A DNA stretch of 64,000 nt from an uncultured archaeon (GCA_964559215.1 CAZLFZ010000002.1:18195-82194), one strand, 5' to 3'. Shown: positions 10,127 through 18,326, counted from the stretch's first letter. A program made the numbers and translations. The notes: generated by a model from the sequence alone, not told the origin.

Positions 10127-10154
10127 GGGCCTGTGGGGTAGTTGGATAGCCTAG
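9000..10154 (+). CDS. LAGLIDADG homing endonuclease (double motif) with an N-terminal K-rich HTH-like domain
   Basis: LLAEEIGMHIGDG and LLRGIFDTDGCIY motifs. The last 28 nt, including the stop codon, overlap the tRNA-Arg 5' end. Confidence 0.8.
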   Translation: MRLKISKKSRIELFEELKKRFGVNNQFELSKEMDVNLGAIKKWKSGKRYIPSQIIPKDYINKLEIVAAENDNWGARKGGIITQNKLKSKFKASYLKKIKSKGGKRTGEMLQKWIKMHKKIHSRSISIGRYKKSYKEVVERMDENKDIFENSKEIFFDNRGIVYSNFDKYRKIILPNKLIPLLAEEIGMHIGDGTLPNKKYYFSIRGSKYEKKYFLNFVLPLYKRLFNLDLNLLERGPICGIEFCSKAVYSFKSKVLGLPIGKKAEIIKVPDMIKNCQRRDIFESLLRGIFDTDGCIYLNRNKSYPHLQITIKSNILLQEVQEISEKLGFFPALYSKGYCLKFNGPVQIEKWFNEIGSNNFKHLKRFEEIRDYFVEMGLWGSWIA

Positions 10155-10199
10155 AACCTTGCGGAGGTTCCGATTCCGGTTCAAATCCGGGCGGGCCCG
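10127..10199 (+). tRNA. tRNA-Arg (anticodon GCG), 73 nt, no intron
   Basis: Hand-folded cloverleaf. Acceptor GGGCCTG/CGGGCCC; D-stem GGGT/GCCT; anticodon stem GAACC/GGTTC with loop TTGCGGA; T-arm TCCGG-TTCAAAT-CCGGG; discriminator G. Confidence 0.8.
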
Positions 10200-10294
10200 T
10201 TAATCAATAATATTAAAAAAGTATTCTGAGCCACGAAACCATTCTTTTATATACTTTATTAACAAATTAAGTAAAATTAGTCTTGAGGCTGAAT

Positions 10295-10459
10295 ATGGCG
10301 TTGAAATGCATTTCCTGCGGGAAGAAGGTGGAAACGGAGAGCTACTGGGTCAGGTTTCCCTGCCCGGCGTGCGGAGAGGAGACCATCATCAGGTGCGAGA
10401 GGTGCAGGAAACTGGTGAACAAATACAAGTGCCCGAAGTGCGGCTTCGAGGGTCCTTGA
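10295..10459 (+). CDS. Zn-ribbon protein (four CxxC pairs) of the type conserved upstream of aEF-1beta; 54 aa; missed by the ORF track
   Basis: Hand translation: MALKCISCGKKVETESYWVRFPCPACGEETIIRCERCRKLVNKYKCPKCGFEGP. Confidence 0.7.
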   Translation: MALKCISCGKKVETESYWVRFPCPACGEETIIRCERCRKLVNKYKCPKCGFEGP

Positions 10460-10470
10460 TTGGTGATTGT

Positions 10471-10722
10471 ATGGGAGATGTGATAATAGTCTATAAAATT
10501 CTGCCCGCCAGCCCTGAGAAATTCGGGCACGTGAAGGCCGGGCTGGAGAATCTCAACCCGAAAAGGCTCGAGGAAGAGCCGATAGGCTTCGGGCTCAGCG
10601 CCTTGAAATTCACAACGATTATCCCGGATGCGGGAGGCAAGCAGGACGAGCTTGAGGAGAAGATCAGGTCCATAGACGGTGTCGGTGAGATAGAAGTCCT
10701 GCGCGCCTCGAGGAGCATGTAA
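10471..10722 (+). CDS. ef1b: Translation elongation factor aEF-1 beta
   Basis: MGDVIIVYKILPASPE...EEPIGFGLSALKFTTIIPDAGG...IDGVGEIEVLRASR. The ORF-track start at 10306 is a spurious N-terminal extension. Confidence 0.85.
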   Translation: MGDVIIVYKILPASPEKFGHVKAGLENLNPKRLEEEPIGFGLSALKFTTIIPDAGGKQDELEEKIRSIDGVGEIEVLRASRSM

Positions 10723-10742
10723 AATAGTCATAACATTATAAA

Positions 10743-11360
10743 CTAAAGAAATTCTGCTATTTTTGGGAGATCGCCACCCTCAATTCGGTGGGTAGCAACT
10801 TCCATGAGTTCCTCGCTTTTTGAATCGTATGCAAAGGATAAATCAGATATCCGGAAAAGTTCATAGCATGGCATGTCATCTCCTATTGATATCAACCGCG
10901 CAAAACCTCCCCTTTCTTTAAACTGTTTTGCATGCTCTGCCTTCTCTTTTCCGTCAATGATCGGGACCTGGATTTCCCCTGTGTGCGTCCCATCGTCATA
11001 AATCGCTTTGTTGCCGAAGTAGTTCTGGATGCCCAATTCTCCTGCTATTTTCCTTGCGAGATTTTCGTAATCGATTGTCGCTATCAATATCCCGAAGTCG
11101 TTTCTCACATTTTCCACGAGTTCTTTTCCGCCATCGGTGCAGGCTATAGATTTGGCTTCTTCCTCCATCAGCTCGAAAGGAAGCCCCTTGTGTGTGGCTC
11201 CCACTTTGACAACGGTGTCTGCAGCTGAAAGGCTGCCCCCCCTGAATTTCTCCCAATATGACATTCCTTCCGGCCTGTATTTTCTGCTAAGCGTGTAAGC
11301 CAGATTCTTCTCCGTTAGCGGGCCGTTCATGTCGAAAACTATGAGATCCATAATTATCAA
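10743..11360 (-). CDS. HAD-superfamily hydrolase, phosphoserine-phosphatase-like
   Basis: Motif I reads FDMNGPL, with the second Asp replaced by Asn. A conserved Lys and an IGDD motif IV are present. Confidence 0.5.
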   Translation of the reverse strand: MIIMDLIVFDMNGPLTEKNLAYTLSRKYRPEGMSYWEKFRGGSLSAADTVVKVGATHKGLPFELMEEEAKSIACTDGGKELVENVRNDFGILIATIDYENLARKIAGELGIQNYFGNKAIYDDGTHTGEIQVPIIDGKEKAEHAKQFKERGGFARLISIGDDMPCYELFRISDLSFAYDSKSEELMEVATHRIEGGDLPKIAEFL

Positions 11361-11497
11361 ATCTTAGTTACTGAAAAGAAATAAAAAGCTTTACAAAAAA
11401 AACGGATAAAATTGGCATCCTTTTTATGCGCCTTTGCCGGCTTATTTTGCCCATCTTCATGTTTTGCAGGCTTTGCAGGCTTCGAGCAACACGTAAC

Positions 11498-12076
11498 TTA
11501 TTTCTTCTTTCCCTTTGCTTTCTTTGCCTTGGCAGGCTTCTCCGGCTTTTTCTTGGATTTCTTTCCCGGTTTCTTTTCCTTGTGTTCTTTCTTTTTGGGC
11601 TTCTCTTTCTTCTTCTTTTTGTCGGCCGGTTTTTTCTCTGCGGGCTTAGCGGGCTTGGGCTCTTCTTTCTTCTCTTCCTTTTTCGGTTCGGGTTTGGCCT
11701 TCTCCGCCTTTTCTTTTTCATGCGGCTTGGCTTCTGGCTCCTTTGGCTTCCCTTTCTTTGCCACCGCCCTCTTCCTTTCCTTTTCCTTCGCCAACTCCAT
11801 GTCCTTGTCGCTTGGCGGCTTTGTGCCCAGTTTCTCGAAAATCCCCTGTTTCTTGTACACGTTTATTATCTCGCCATCGCTGGCGTTCTTTGCGATTTTG
11901 ATGACCTCGGGCGTCGGCTCCAGGTGCTCGATGTTGCATCTCCTTCTTTTGACGTGCGTCACGGCCAGCGGGCCGGTGACGAGAACGAACCCGTCCTCGA
12001 GAACATCCACAACAACGCAAAATTTGCCGGCCTCCCTGCCTGCAGTTTTCACGCATATCCTACCTATACTAAGCAT
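11498..12076 (-). CDS. rpl14e: Ribosomal protein L14e with an approximately 110-aa K/P/E-rich C-terminal extension
   Basis: N-terminus SIGRICVKTAGREAGKFCVVVDVLEDGFVLVTGP...VKRRRCNIEHLEPT; tail built of KPEK/KKEE repeats. Confidence 0.85.
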   Translation of the reverse strand: MLSIGRICVKTAGREAGKFCVVVDVLEDGFVLVTGPLAVTHVKRRRCNIEHLEPTPEVIKIAKNASDGEIINVYKKQGIFEKLGTKPPSDKDMELAKEKERKRAVAKKGKPKEPEAKPHEKEKAEKAKPEPKKEEKKEEPKPAKPAEKKPADKKKKKEKPKKKEHKEKKPGKKSKKKPEKPAKAKKAKGKKK

Positions 12077-12365
12077 TCTTCTCCCACCTCGCCAAGTTTT
12101 TGGACTTTATAGCCTCTCTGGTGCATGCAGGGCACAGATTCCCTCCGTAAGGCCTGCTAGGTCTCTTTTTCGTTTTAGTCAATTTCCTGATTCTGGCCGG
12201 CAGATTGCTGGGCACCCCATGCAATGGTTTCTTGCACACCGCGCACCTGGCCGGGCCAGGCCTCTTTTTCAGGTAATGGATCCTAGCCTTGCCGCTGGGC
12301 GTGTTGATCTTCTTCTTCCTGAAGGATCTCGACCTTTGCGCTGGCTTTGGCATTTGAATCACCAA
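12069..12365 (-). CDS. rpl34e: Ribosomal protein L34e
   Basis: RSRSFRKKKINTPSGKARIHYLKKRPGPARCAVCKKPL...CPAC. Confidence 0.85.
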   Translation of the reverse strand: MVIQMPKPAQRSRSFRKKKINTPSGKARIHYLKKRPGPARCAVCKKPLHGVPSNLPARIRKLTKTKKRPSRPYGGNLCPACTREAIKSKNLARWEKNA

Positions 12366-12428
12366 GGGGTTATTTATTGTTCTGGAAACTTTTTATTAAT
12401 TTACTATGTTCTGCATTTAAAAGTCTGC

Positions 12429-13127
12429 CTATTCCACACCCAGTATTTTCCTGAACACGATGGTTGCCGGTATGCTGATGAAGATGTACCACCAGAACCA
12501 TGTCAGGTAGTTCCCTATGAAAGGCAGCATGAAAGGCAACCGGGCGACCAACATCTCGAAATGGACCGCGTTCTCGCGCTCGCTCGCGAAGAACATCATT
12601 CCCTCCATCGCAGGCTTGGCCCGCCAGTAAGCGCCCTTATAGGAGAATACCTCGTCCTGGGAGAATACCTCGTCCTGGGAGAATTCCCCGTCGTCGTTGA
12701 AATCGACCCCTGCCTTGAAGCTGGACTGGCCGTTCTCTTCTGCCTTTTCATAATAGATCTTGTACTCGGCACCGCCGTAATTGAACGTTGCATCCGGGTT
12801 ATCTCCCAGATCAGCGCTCACGCCCCCGTAGTTGCTGTTCAGCCAGCCCAGCAAAAGTATGAAAACCAGCATGGTGGCCATCATGGGCTTCATGCTGTGC
12901 CTCATCTGCGCCTGGCTCGCACGCATCATTTCGCTTGCATACTGGCTGGCCTGCTCCTTGTTACCTTCTTTCTGGGCCTTGCTCATCTTTTCCTTGTAGA
13001 ATCGCATGTCGTCCTTGATCTTGCGCACCTCGTCCGGCTTGGTCAGCACCCTGTAGATTATGGATATAAGAAGGGAAAGGCCAATCGAAATCAGGGTTAT
13101 GCCCAGGAAAGGCGTCATTTCCATCAT
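12429..13127 (-). CDS. DUF106 / EMC3-Oxa1-YidC-like membrane insertase homolog, with an inserted acidic EF-hand-like loop
   Basis: Position in the secY-adk-DUF106-L34e-L14e cluster; TM helices; coiled KEKMSKAQKEG segment; insert reads DFNDDGEFSQDEVFSQDEVFS. Confidence 0.7.
   Translation of the reverse strand: MMEMTPFLGITLISIGLSLLISIIYRVLTKPDEVRKIKDDMRFYKEKMSKAQKEGNKEQASQYASEMMRASQAQMRHSMKPMMATMLVFILLLGWLNSNYGGVSADLGDNPDATFNYGGAEYKIYYEKAEENGQSSFKAGVDFNDDGEFSQDEVFSQDEVFSYKGAYWRAKPAMEGMMFFASERENAVHFEMLVARLPFMLPFIGNYLTWFWWYIFISIPATIVFRKILGVE
12643..12690. repeat. In-frame tandem repeat of about 2.5 copies of an 18-bp unit, GAGAATACCTCGTCCTGG, inside the DUF106 gene
   Basis: Read directly from the sequence; it encodes the repeated EVFSQD. 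Confidence 0.7.
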
Positions 13128-13657
13128 TTCACCACCAAAACGTCCCTGAGCAGCTCGTACAACTCATCGGCCCCTTGTCTGGGACCCTCTATCCCCGTCT
13201 GTATGATTTTGATCACTGAGCCGGCCCATGCCCCGAAGAAGAGCGCGCATGATTTTTCGAGTGACTGGTGCTGCACGAAATCGTCCCGATCTTTTAGCTT
13301 CCCGCCGAGAGCCGCTGGATCGACTTCCACGTGGACTATTATGTCGGGCTTGAAGATGTCTATGCTGGCTTTCGTGATTATCGGCATGTATCCAAGCTTG
13401 GTCCGGGCAGTGCAGTATCCGTTGATTATAACATGTTCGCGTGCCCCTGTCTCGAGCATCTTGAGCTGTATGTTCCTCATGAGTTTTTGCTGGGTGTTCT
13501 TCAGCAAATGCAGCTCATTGATGGAATCCTCAGATCCCAGCACGAAATCGCTGAAGCTCAGCACTTTGAATTTCACGTGCCCCCCCAGTCGCTCCAGCGC
13601 CAGCTTCACAACGGAATCCTTGACCACGTTTTGCCCCCCCGTTACGAGTATGTTCAT
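13124..13657 (-). CDS. adkA: Archaeal-type adenylate kinase (AdkA) homolog with a degenerate glycine-rich loop
   Basis: Collinear with AdkA along its length. The expected TGVPGVG(K/S)TT reads VTGGQNVVKDS. Start chosen at MNILVTGG; the ORF track extends it to 13675. Confidence 0.6.
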   Translation of the reverse strand: MNILVTGGQNVVKDSVVKLALERLGGHVKFKVLSFSDFVLGSEDSINELHLLKNTQQKLMRNIQLKMLETGAREHVIINGYCTARTKLGYMPIITKASIDIFKPDIIVHVEVDPAALGGKLKDRDDFVQHQSLEKSCALFFGAWAGSVIKIIQTGIEGPRQGADELYELLRDVLVVK

Positions 13658-13664
13658 ATTCCTT

Positions 13665-15269
13665 TCACTTCCCAATTAACCTTCTCACCGCCGGGTGCAG
13701 CTCCTCAAGGTGCTGCGTCGTTATCTCCTGGTACAACTGGTACGATATCATGGTGGCCAGCAATATCCCGGTCCCGCTCCCGATGGCGTTCGTGAGATCG
13801 GCAAAGGACGCGAGAATCCCTATGGCGGCCCCGCCCAGAACGGCCAGACCCGGTATGTACCGTGCAAGCACCCTCTCTATGATTCTGATGTCCCTTCTGT
13901 AGCCAGGGATCTGCAGGCCTACGGAATGTATCTGGTCTGCCACGGACCCTGCGTCCATGCCCGATGTGCTCACCCAGAAGATGCTGAATAGCGTGGCGCC
14001 TCCTATCATGAAGCCCATGTACGCCACTATTCTGGCTATGTCCATCATGGTTATCACCATCCCTGTCAACCCGATTGCCTGCACCAAGCCGAACCACGCC
14101 AGCCCGCCAACCGGTATCATCGCTAGCGATATCTGCCAGCCCGGCCTACGTATGTATGGCGCTAAGAGTGCGCCAAGCAGTGCGAAAATGCCCATGAATA
14201 CAGAAACCCCCGCCACCGCCTGGGACGTGGGCGGCCGCAAATAGAAAACTGGGCCGGAAACAGGGTTGTTGTTTTCGAAGCAGCCCAGCAAGCCGCAAAC
14301 CATGGCGGATTCCGGCTCGACGGGCGTTGCTGTAAGCCGGCCCATCAGCTGCACGTTGGCCAGCAATGCGGCTATGAGTATGACCGGGATGACGCTGGTG
14401 TACAGGAACTGCAATGGCCAGCGTCGGCCGAATCCCCTGATAGAGCCAAAGGCGAGGGGTATCTCCACCTTCACCGACTGCATGAATATGACCATCAGGA
14501 AAACCAGGGCCGTTGCCATGAACGGCATCATCCCGAGCAGGAAAGCGTTCAAGGGGTCCGCTGTAGCCAGGTAATAGAACACCTGGGGTATTGCGCCCAG
14601 AGGGGGGTTCTGGATCTCTATCGAGGGCAGCGCCAGCCCTGTGCCGCCCTGCAGGTTGAAAATGGAGATGCAGCTCACCCCGGTACACAACGCGAAGGGG
14701 TTGAACATCCTTGTTATTATGCCGCTGCTTACCCCGGCCAGGATGAACAGGCTAACCCCTGAGCCGAAGCCCCACTTCGTTATTATCTCGTCCATGAACA
14801 ATATCAGGATGCCTCCTGCCGCTATCTGCAAAATCACTATGGCGACCATACCCTCGGCAGCCGGGATCGCCCCGAACGTGACGTATATCACGCCCTCGAT
14901 GAAACACAGGGCTATGGTCATTATCTTTTGCGTTCCCTGGAAAAGCATCTTGCCTTCCTCTGTATTCAGGTCCCAGGACAGTATCTGGGAGCCTACCAGC
15001 AGCTGCAGGATGATGGCTGCTACGACGATGGGTCCTATGCCCAGGGTTGTCAGGGAACCGAACTTGGACGCCAGCAGCAACTCGAAGACCTTCAGCTGTT
15101 GCAGCCCTTCAACCCTGATGCCGAACACCATTATCTGGGACATCAGGAAGAATATCAGCAGCACCATGCCTGTGTATTTGAGCTTTTCCCTGAAGCTCAG
15201 CTTCTTTATTGGTTCCCTGATGCCAGGCAAGCGCTGCAAAACCTTCATGTAAGAATCTTGGAATGCCAT
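13665..15269 (-). CDS. secY: Preprotein translocase subunit SecY
   Basis: 534 aa, ten TM helices, conserved position in the spc cluster. Confidence 0.9.
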   Translation of the reverse strand: MAFQDSYMKVLQRLPGIREPIKKLSFREKLKYTGMVLLIFFLMSQIMVFGIRVEGLQQLKVFELLLASKFGSLTTLGIGPIVVAAIILQLLVGSQILSWDLNTEEGKMLFQGTQKIMTIALCFIEGVIYVTFGAIPAAEGMVAIVILQIAAGGILILFMDEIITKWGFGSGVSLFILAGVSSGIITRMFNPFALCTGVSCISIFNLQGGTGLALPSIEIQNPPLGAIPQVFYYLATADPLNAFLLGMMPFMATALVFLMVIFMQSVKVEIPLAFGSIRGFGRRWPLQFLYTSVIPVILIAALLANVQLMGRLTATPVEPESAMVCGLLGCFENNNPVSGPVFYLRPPTSQAVAGVSVFMGIFALLGALLAPYIRRPGWQISLAMIPVGGLAWFGLVQAIGLTGMVITMMDIARIVAYMGFMIGGATLFSIFWVSTSGMDAGSVADQIHSVGLQIPGYRRDIRIIERVLARYIPGLAVLGGAAIGILASFADLTNAIGSGTGILLATMISYQLYQEITTQHLEELHPAVRRLIGK

Positions 15270-15440
15270 GCTAATCCCTTGAACCCGTTACAACTTCTTT
15301 TTACTTCCCTTTTCTTTTTTCGGATTTGCATTTAATTTGTATTTTTTCTATTTATATAAAATCGGGTTTTAAGTCCTTTTCTGGCTTTTCCCCAAAGCCT
15401 GGCTTTTCTAGGAAACAGTTGACATCTCTAGGATTCTTGC

Positions 15441-15480
15441 TGCTGACTTGCCTTTATAGCTGCTGACTTGCCTTTATATA
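15441..15480. repeat. Tandem duplication of a 20-bp unit (TGCTGACTTGCCTTTATAGC / ...TATA) spanning the stop codon of the ACP-like gene
   Basis: Two adjacent near-identical copies read directly. On the minus strand each copy carries a TATAAAGG element. Confidence 0.7.
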
Positions 15481-15777
15481 ATCAATGAAAGCTCCGACGC
15501 TTGTTAATGTTTCAGCTTCGTCATCCGGGATAGGAATGCTGAACTCCTCTTCAAACTGCATTACCATCTGAGCTTTCAGCCCGTCGGGTTCGTCATAATC
15601 ATCAAAAGTCGTGTTTCTTGTGACCTTATCTTTCACGATGTCATAAATGCCGGAAACTATATCTGCAGCCACCTCTGCCGTTTCATCGCCTTGTATATCA
15701 ACAGCGTAGAAGTATGTTTGTCTACGAAAATCTTTCATATATTGACTTGTAAGGAGAAATTTAAAAATCCCTGTCAA
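15454..15777 (-). CDS. Acyl-carrier-protein-like protein lacking the phosphopantetheine-attachment serine (DGL instead of DSL)
   Basis: C-terminal FDDYDEPDGLKAQMVMQFEEEFSIPIPDDEAETLTSVGAFIDYI is collinear with the ACP helix II-IV region ([41 protein letters not shown]). Confidence 0.55.
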   Translation of the reverse strand: MTGIFKFLLTSQYMKDFRRQTYFYAVDIQGDETAEVAADIVSGIYDIVKDKVTRNTTFDDYDEPDGLKAQMVMQFEEEFSIPIPDDEAETLTSVGAFIDYIKASQQL

Positions 15778-15800
15778 AGGAACAGAGTGGGGTGGTGTGT

Positions 15801-16286
15801 TTATCCGCCCTCTTTGACTTTTTCTTCGGCAACCTCTTCTTTGACCCCTTCCCGGGGGGCTTCTGTAACCTCTTCTTCCGTGCCCCCGCCTGAGACAGAA
15901 CCGATCGCCTTCCCGCCCGCCTTTTCTATCTTTTCCTTTGCGTTCGCTGAGAAAAAGTCCGCCTTGACCTCGAGTTTGGTCTTGATTTCCCCTGTTCCCA
16001 GCACCTTGTCATAGCCCATTGCCTTCAAGTCTATTTTTTTTCCGGAACCTGCCATCTTTTCCAGGTTCCTCAGGTTTATCGACTTCAGCTTCTTTCCTGT
16101 CTTGGACTTGAAGCCGTGCTTGCCGCCATACCCGGGTCTGTACTTCAGCAGGAAGGTCTTCCTGTGCCCTTCGCTGCCTGCCATTCCAGTGCCGCCCCTG
16201 CTACCCTTGCCCCTGTGCTTCTTGGGACTGCCGTAACCATGCGTCCGGTGGCCCCTCTGCCTGGATACCTTCTTGCTTGCCATCAT
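15801..16286 (-). CDS. rpl15: Ribosomal protein L15 (uL15) with an E/K-rich C-terminal tail
   Basis: RGHRTHGYGSPKKHRGKGSRGGTGMAGS...KYRPGYGGKHGF. Confidence 0.85.
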   Translation of the reverse strand: MMASKKVSRQRGHRTHGYGSPKKHRGKGSRGGTGMAGSEGHRKTFLLKYRPGYGGKHGFKSKTGKKLKSINLRNLEKMAGSGKKIDLKAMGYDKVLGTGEIKTKLEVKADFFSANAKEKIEKAGGKAIGSVSGGGTEEEVTEAPREGVKEEVAEEKVKEGG

Positions 16287-16765
16287 ATCATCCTTAGCAG
16301 CAGATCGTTTATCTTTTCGCCCCTGGCTCCCATGTCCCCTTGGGGATATCGCAGCTTGACCGACCTTAGCCCGTGCGTCGGCGGTGACAGCCTGTATACG
16401 GGCATGATGTCAGCGGACTCCGGGTTTTTGTCCTTGAATATCTTTTTGGCAACAGCCTTTGCCAGTTTTGCGTCGAGCTTGGCGCCAGCCTTGCTTCGCC
16501 CTCTTTTGGCGAGCATTTTTGCAAGGGTTTCTTCCTTTATCTCCCCCCATGTCACGTAGTTGACCGCATAACGGAGCATTCCCTTGTAAGTCTCGTTCGC
16601 CTGGACCAGGGTGCAATTGTTAACTTTTTTCAGATGCAGCTTTTCCAGGGTGTCTCTCACCTTTTCGTTTACCCTCACCGACCCTTTTAATCTTATAACG
16701 GCATACAACTCCAACCCCGTTCCGTTCTTATTATCATGCCCCTTGTCATGCCCGTTCCCCATCAT
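16283..16765 (-). CDS. rpl30: Ribosomal protein L30 (uL30)
   Basis: LYAVIRLKGSVRVNEKVRDTLEKLHLKKVNNCTLV; cluster position. Confidence 0.8.
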   Translation of the reverse strand: MMGNGHDKGHDNKNGTGLELYAVIRLKGSVRVNEKVRDTLEKLHLKKVNNCTLVQANETYKGMLRYAVNYVTWGEIKEETLAKMLAKRGRSKAGAKLDAKLAKAVAKKIFKDKNPESADIMPVYRLSPPTHGLRSVKLRYPQGDMGARGEKINDLLLRMI

Positions 16766-17595
16766 AAATCACCCTTTCCCTTGTTGAGGTTTCGCAGGGC
16801 GTTGAAAACTGCCAGGACGAGGTTGTTCCTGGTGGACGTCTTGCCTGCGGTTTTTACCCAAACGTCATGGATCCCGGCAAGGCGCAGGATCTTTTTCATT
16901 TCCTCGCTCGCCACCATGCCAACTCCCTTCGGGGCAGGCAGCAACGTGACATGGACAGACCCCGACTTGCCGCTGGCCTTGAAGGGTATGCTGTGCTCTC
17001 CGCCGCATCCGCATTCCCAGCTCCCGCATCCCCGGCGAACCCTGATAACGTTCAGCCTTGCGTTTTTCCCGGCCTTCTCCAGGGCTGTCCTGTGCTCCTT
17101 TGATATCGCTGTCCCGACACCGACTATTCCGTTCCCGTTCCCGACCACGGCCATAGCCGCGAGCTTGAACCTTCTCCCGGACTTGTGCATCCTTGCCGTC
17201 ATCTTGGTGGCGGTCCTTCTTATGCCGCCACCCTTGCCAGGTGAGCCGCCTATGTAAATTATTTCCTGCATGAGATCAGGGACCAAGGCGTCAACGATCT
17301 CAGGTTCCAGGATCAGCTCTCCGTGCTCCAGGATCTCTTCCAGGTTTTTGTACTTGCCCGCCAGGACGTCATTCCCGAGCTTGGTCTTTGGTATCCATTC
17401 CGTTTCATGTCCGGCGGCCGACGGCTTCCTCATCCCAGCTCCTGGCTTGGGTGCTTCTTCCGTCCCGGTTTCTTCCTCCCCGGCAGCTACTTCAGTTGCT
17501 GGTGATTCCGGCGGCTGCCCGTGTTCACTTTTCTTCCCCGGCTTTTCCGCCACCTTTCCACCTTTCTCTTCTTTCGTTTCCGGCTTCTTTGTCAT
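16762..17595 (-). CDS. rps5: Ribosomal protein S5 (uS5) with a K/E/P-rich N-terminal extension
   Basis: Start chosen at MTKKPE, giving an ATGA overlap with the Bud32 stop. Core reads GGIRRTATKMTARMHKSGRRFKLAAMAVVGNGNG. Confidence 0.85.
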   Translation of the reverse strand: MTKKPETKEEKGGKVAEKPGKKSEHGQPPESPATEVAAGEEETGTEEAPKPGAGMRKPSAAGHETEWIPKTKLGNDVLAGKYKNLEEILEHGELILEPEIVDALVPDLMQEIIYIGGSPGKGGGIRRTATKMTARMHKSGRRFKLAAMAVVGNGNGIVGVGTAISKEHRTALEKAGKNARLNVIRVRRGCGSWECGCGGEHSIPFKASGKSGSVHVTLLPAPKGVGMVASEEMKKILRLAGIHDVWVKTAGKTSTRNNLVLAVFNALRNLNKGKGDL

Positions 17596-18212
17596 TTGTA
17601 TCTCCTTCTGCGCGAAATCATGTCCAGTCTCAGCAGGACCTCGCGGGCATTTGAATATTTTAGGGCATATATATTTATAATGTTTTTCCAAACCCGGGCC
17701 GATATCCCGAAATGTGTCGACAGCAGGGCTTCCCACAGCAGGAACAGGTCCGTGGCCTTGTCCTCCACCTTGTGCGAAATCTTGCCCAGGCCGAAGTCTA
17801 TGAAGTATATCTTGTTGTCTTTTAAAAGCATGTTGGACGTGGTCAAATCCCCGTGGATTATATTCGATGCATGCAAAGCGGCTACAAACGAACCTATTTT
17901 TTCTGCGACTTTTAGCTGCTCCGCCCTGCTCATCCCGCTCAGGACATCCTTCACCCTTTCACCGTTGACGTAGTCCATCCTAATTATATACTTGTTAGTT
18001 AATGCTGCCCTGGGCGTAGTAACGCCGCTCCGCCTGGCCTTGTCAAGCAGCGAAACCTCGAGCTTTGCCCTCCGCTTCCTTATTGCCTCGTCAAGCTCAG
18101 GTATCCTGTATCCCTTCTTCACCCTTTCCTTGACCAGGCTGCCGTCGCCGGCGAGGTACAGGACGGCCTCAGCCCCCCTCTGGATAATCTTTTTCTTCCT
18201 TTTCTCTGGCAT
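17592..18212 (-). CDS. bud32: KEOPS complex kinase Bud32 (Kae1-associated kinase)
   Basis: Catalytic loop IIHGDLTTSNMLL, followed by IYFIDFGLG. Confidence 0.8.
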   Translation of the reverse strand: MPEKRKKKIIQRGAEAVLYLAGDGSLVKERVKKGYRIPELDEAIRKRRAKLEVSLLDKARRSGVTTPRAALTNKYIIRMDYVNGERVKDVLSGMSRAEQLKVAEKIGSFVAALHASNIIHGDLTTSNMLLKDNKIYFIDFGLGKISHKVEDKATDLFLLWEALLSTHFGISARVWKNIINIYALKYSNAREVLLRLDMISRRRRYK

Positions 18213-18326
18213 GCTCTCTTATTTCGGGTTCGGTTTTAAAAATGAGAAAAATGACGTTTCAAACTGCTGAGATCCCGGTTAAGAATAAAAAATTAACTAC
18301 CATTACATCATCATGAGTGTGTTTCC

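Noticed and set aside
10306-10470. N-terminal 55 aa of the 138-aa ORF
   Set aside because: This is an out-of-frame read-through across the Zn-ribbon gene. aEF-1beta starts at MGDV (10471).
11412-13679. 755-aa plus-strand ORF, together with the 117-aa and 228-aa ORFs at 11368-12112
   Set aside because: They lie antisense to, or are alternate frames of, the L14e K-rich tail, L34e, DUF106 and adk. Their products are low-complexity, and the open frames are an artefact of repetitive codon usage.
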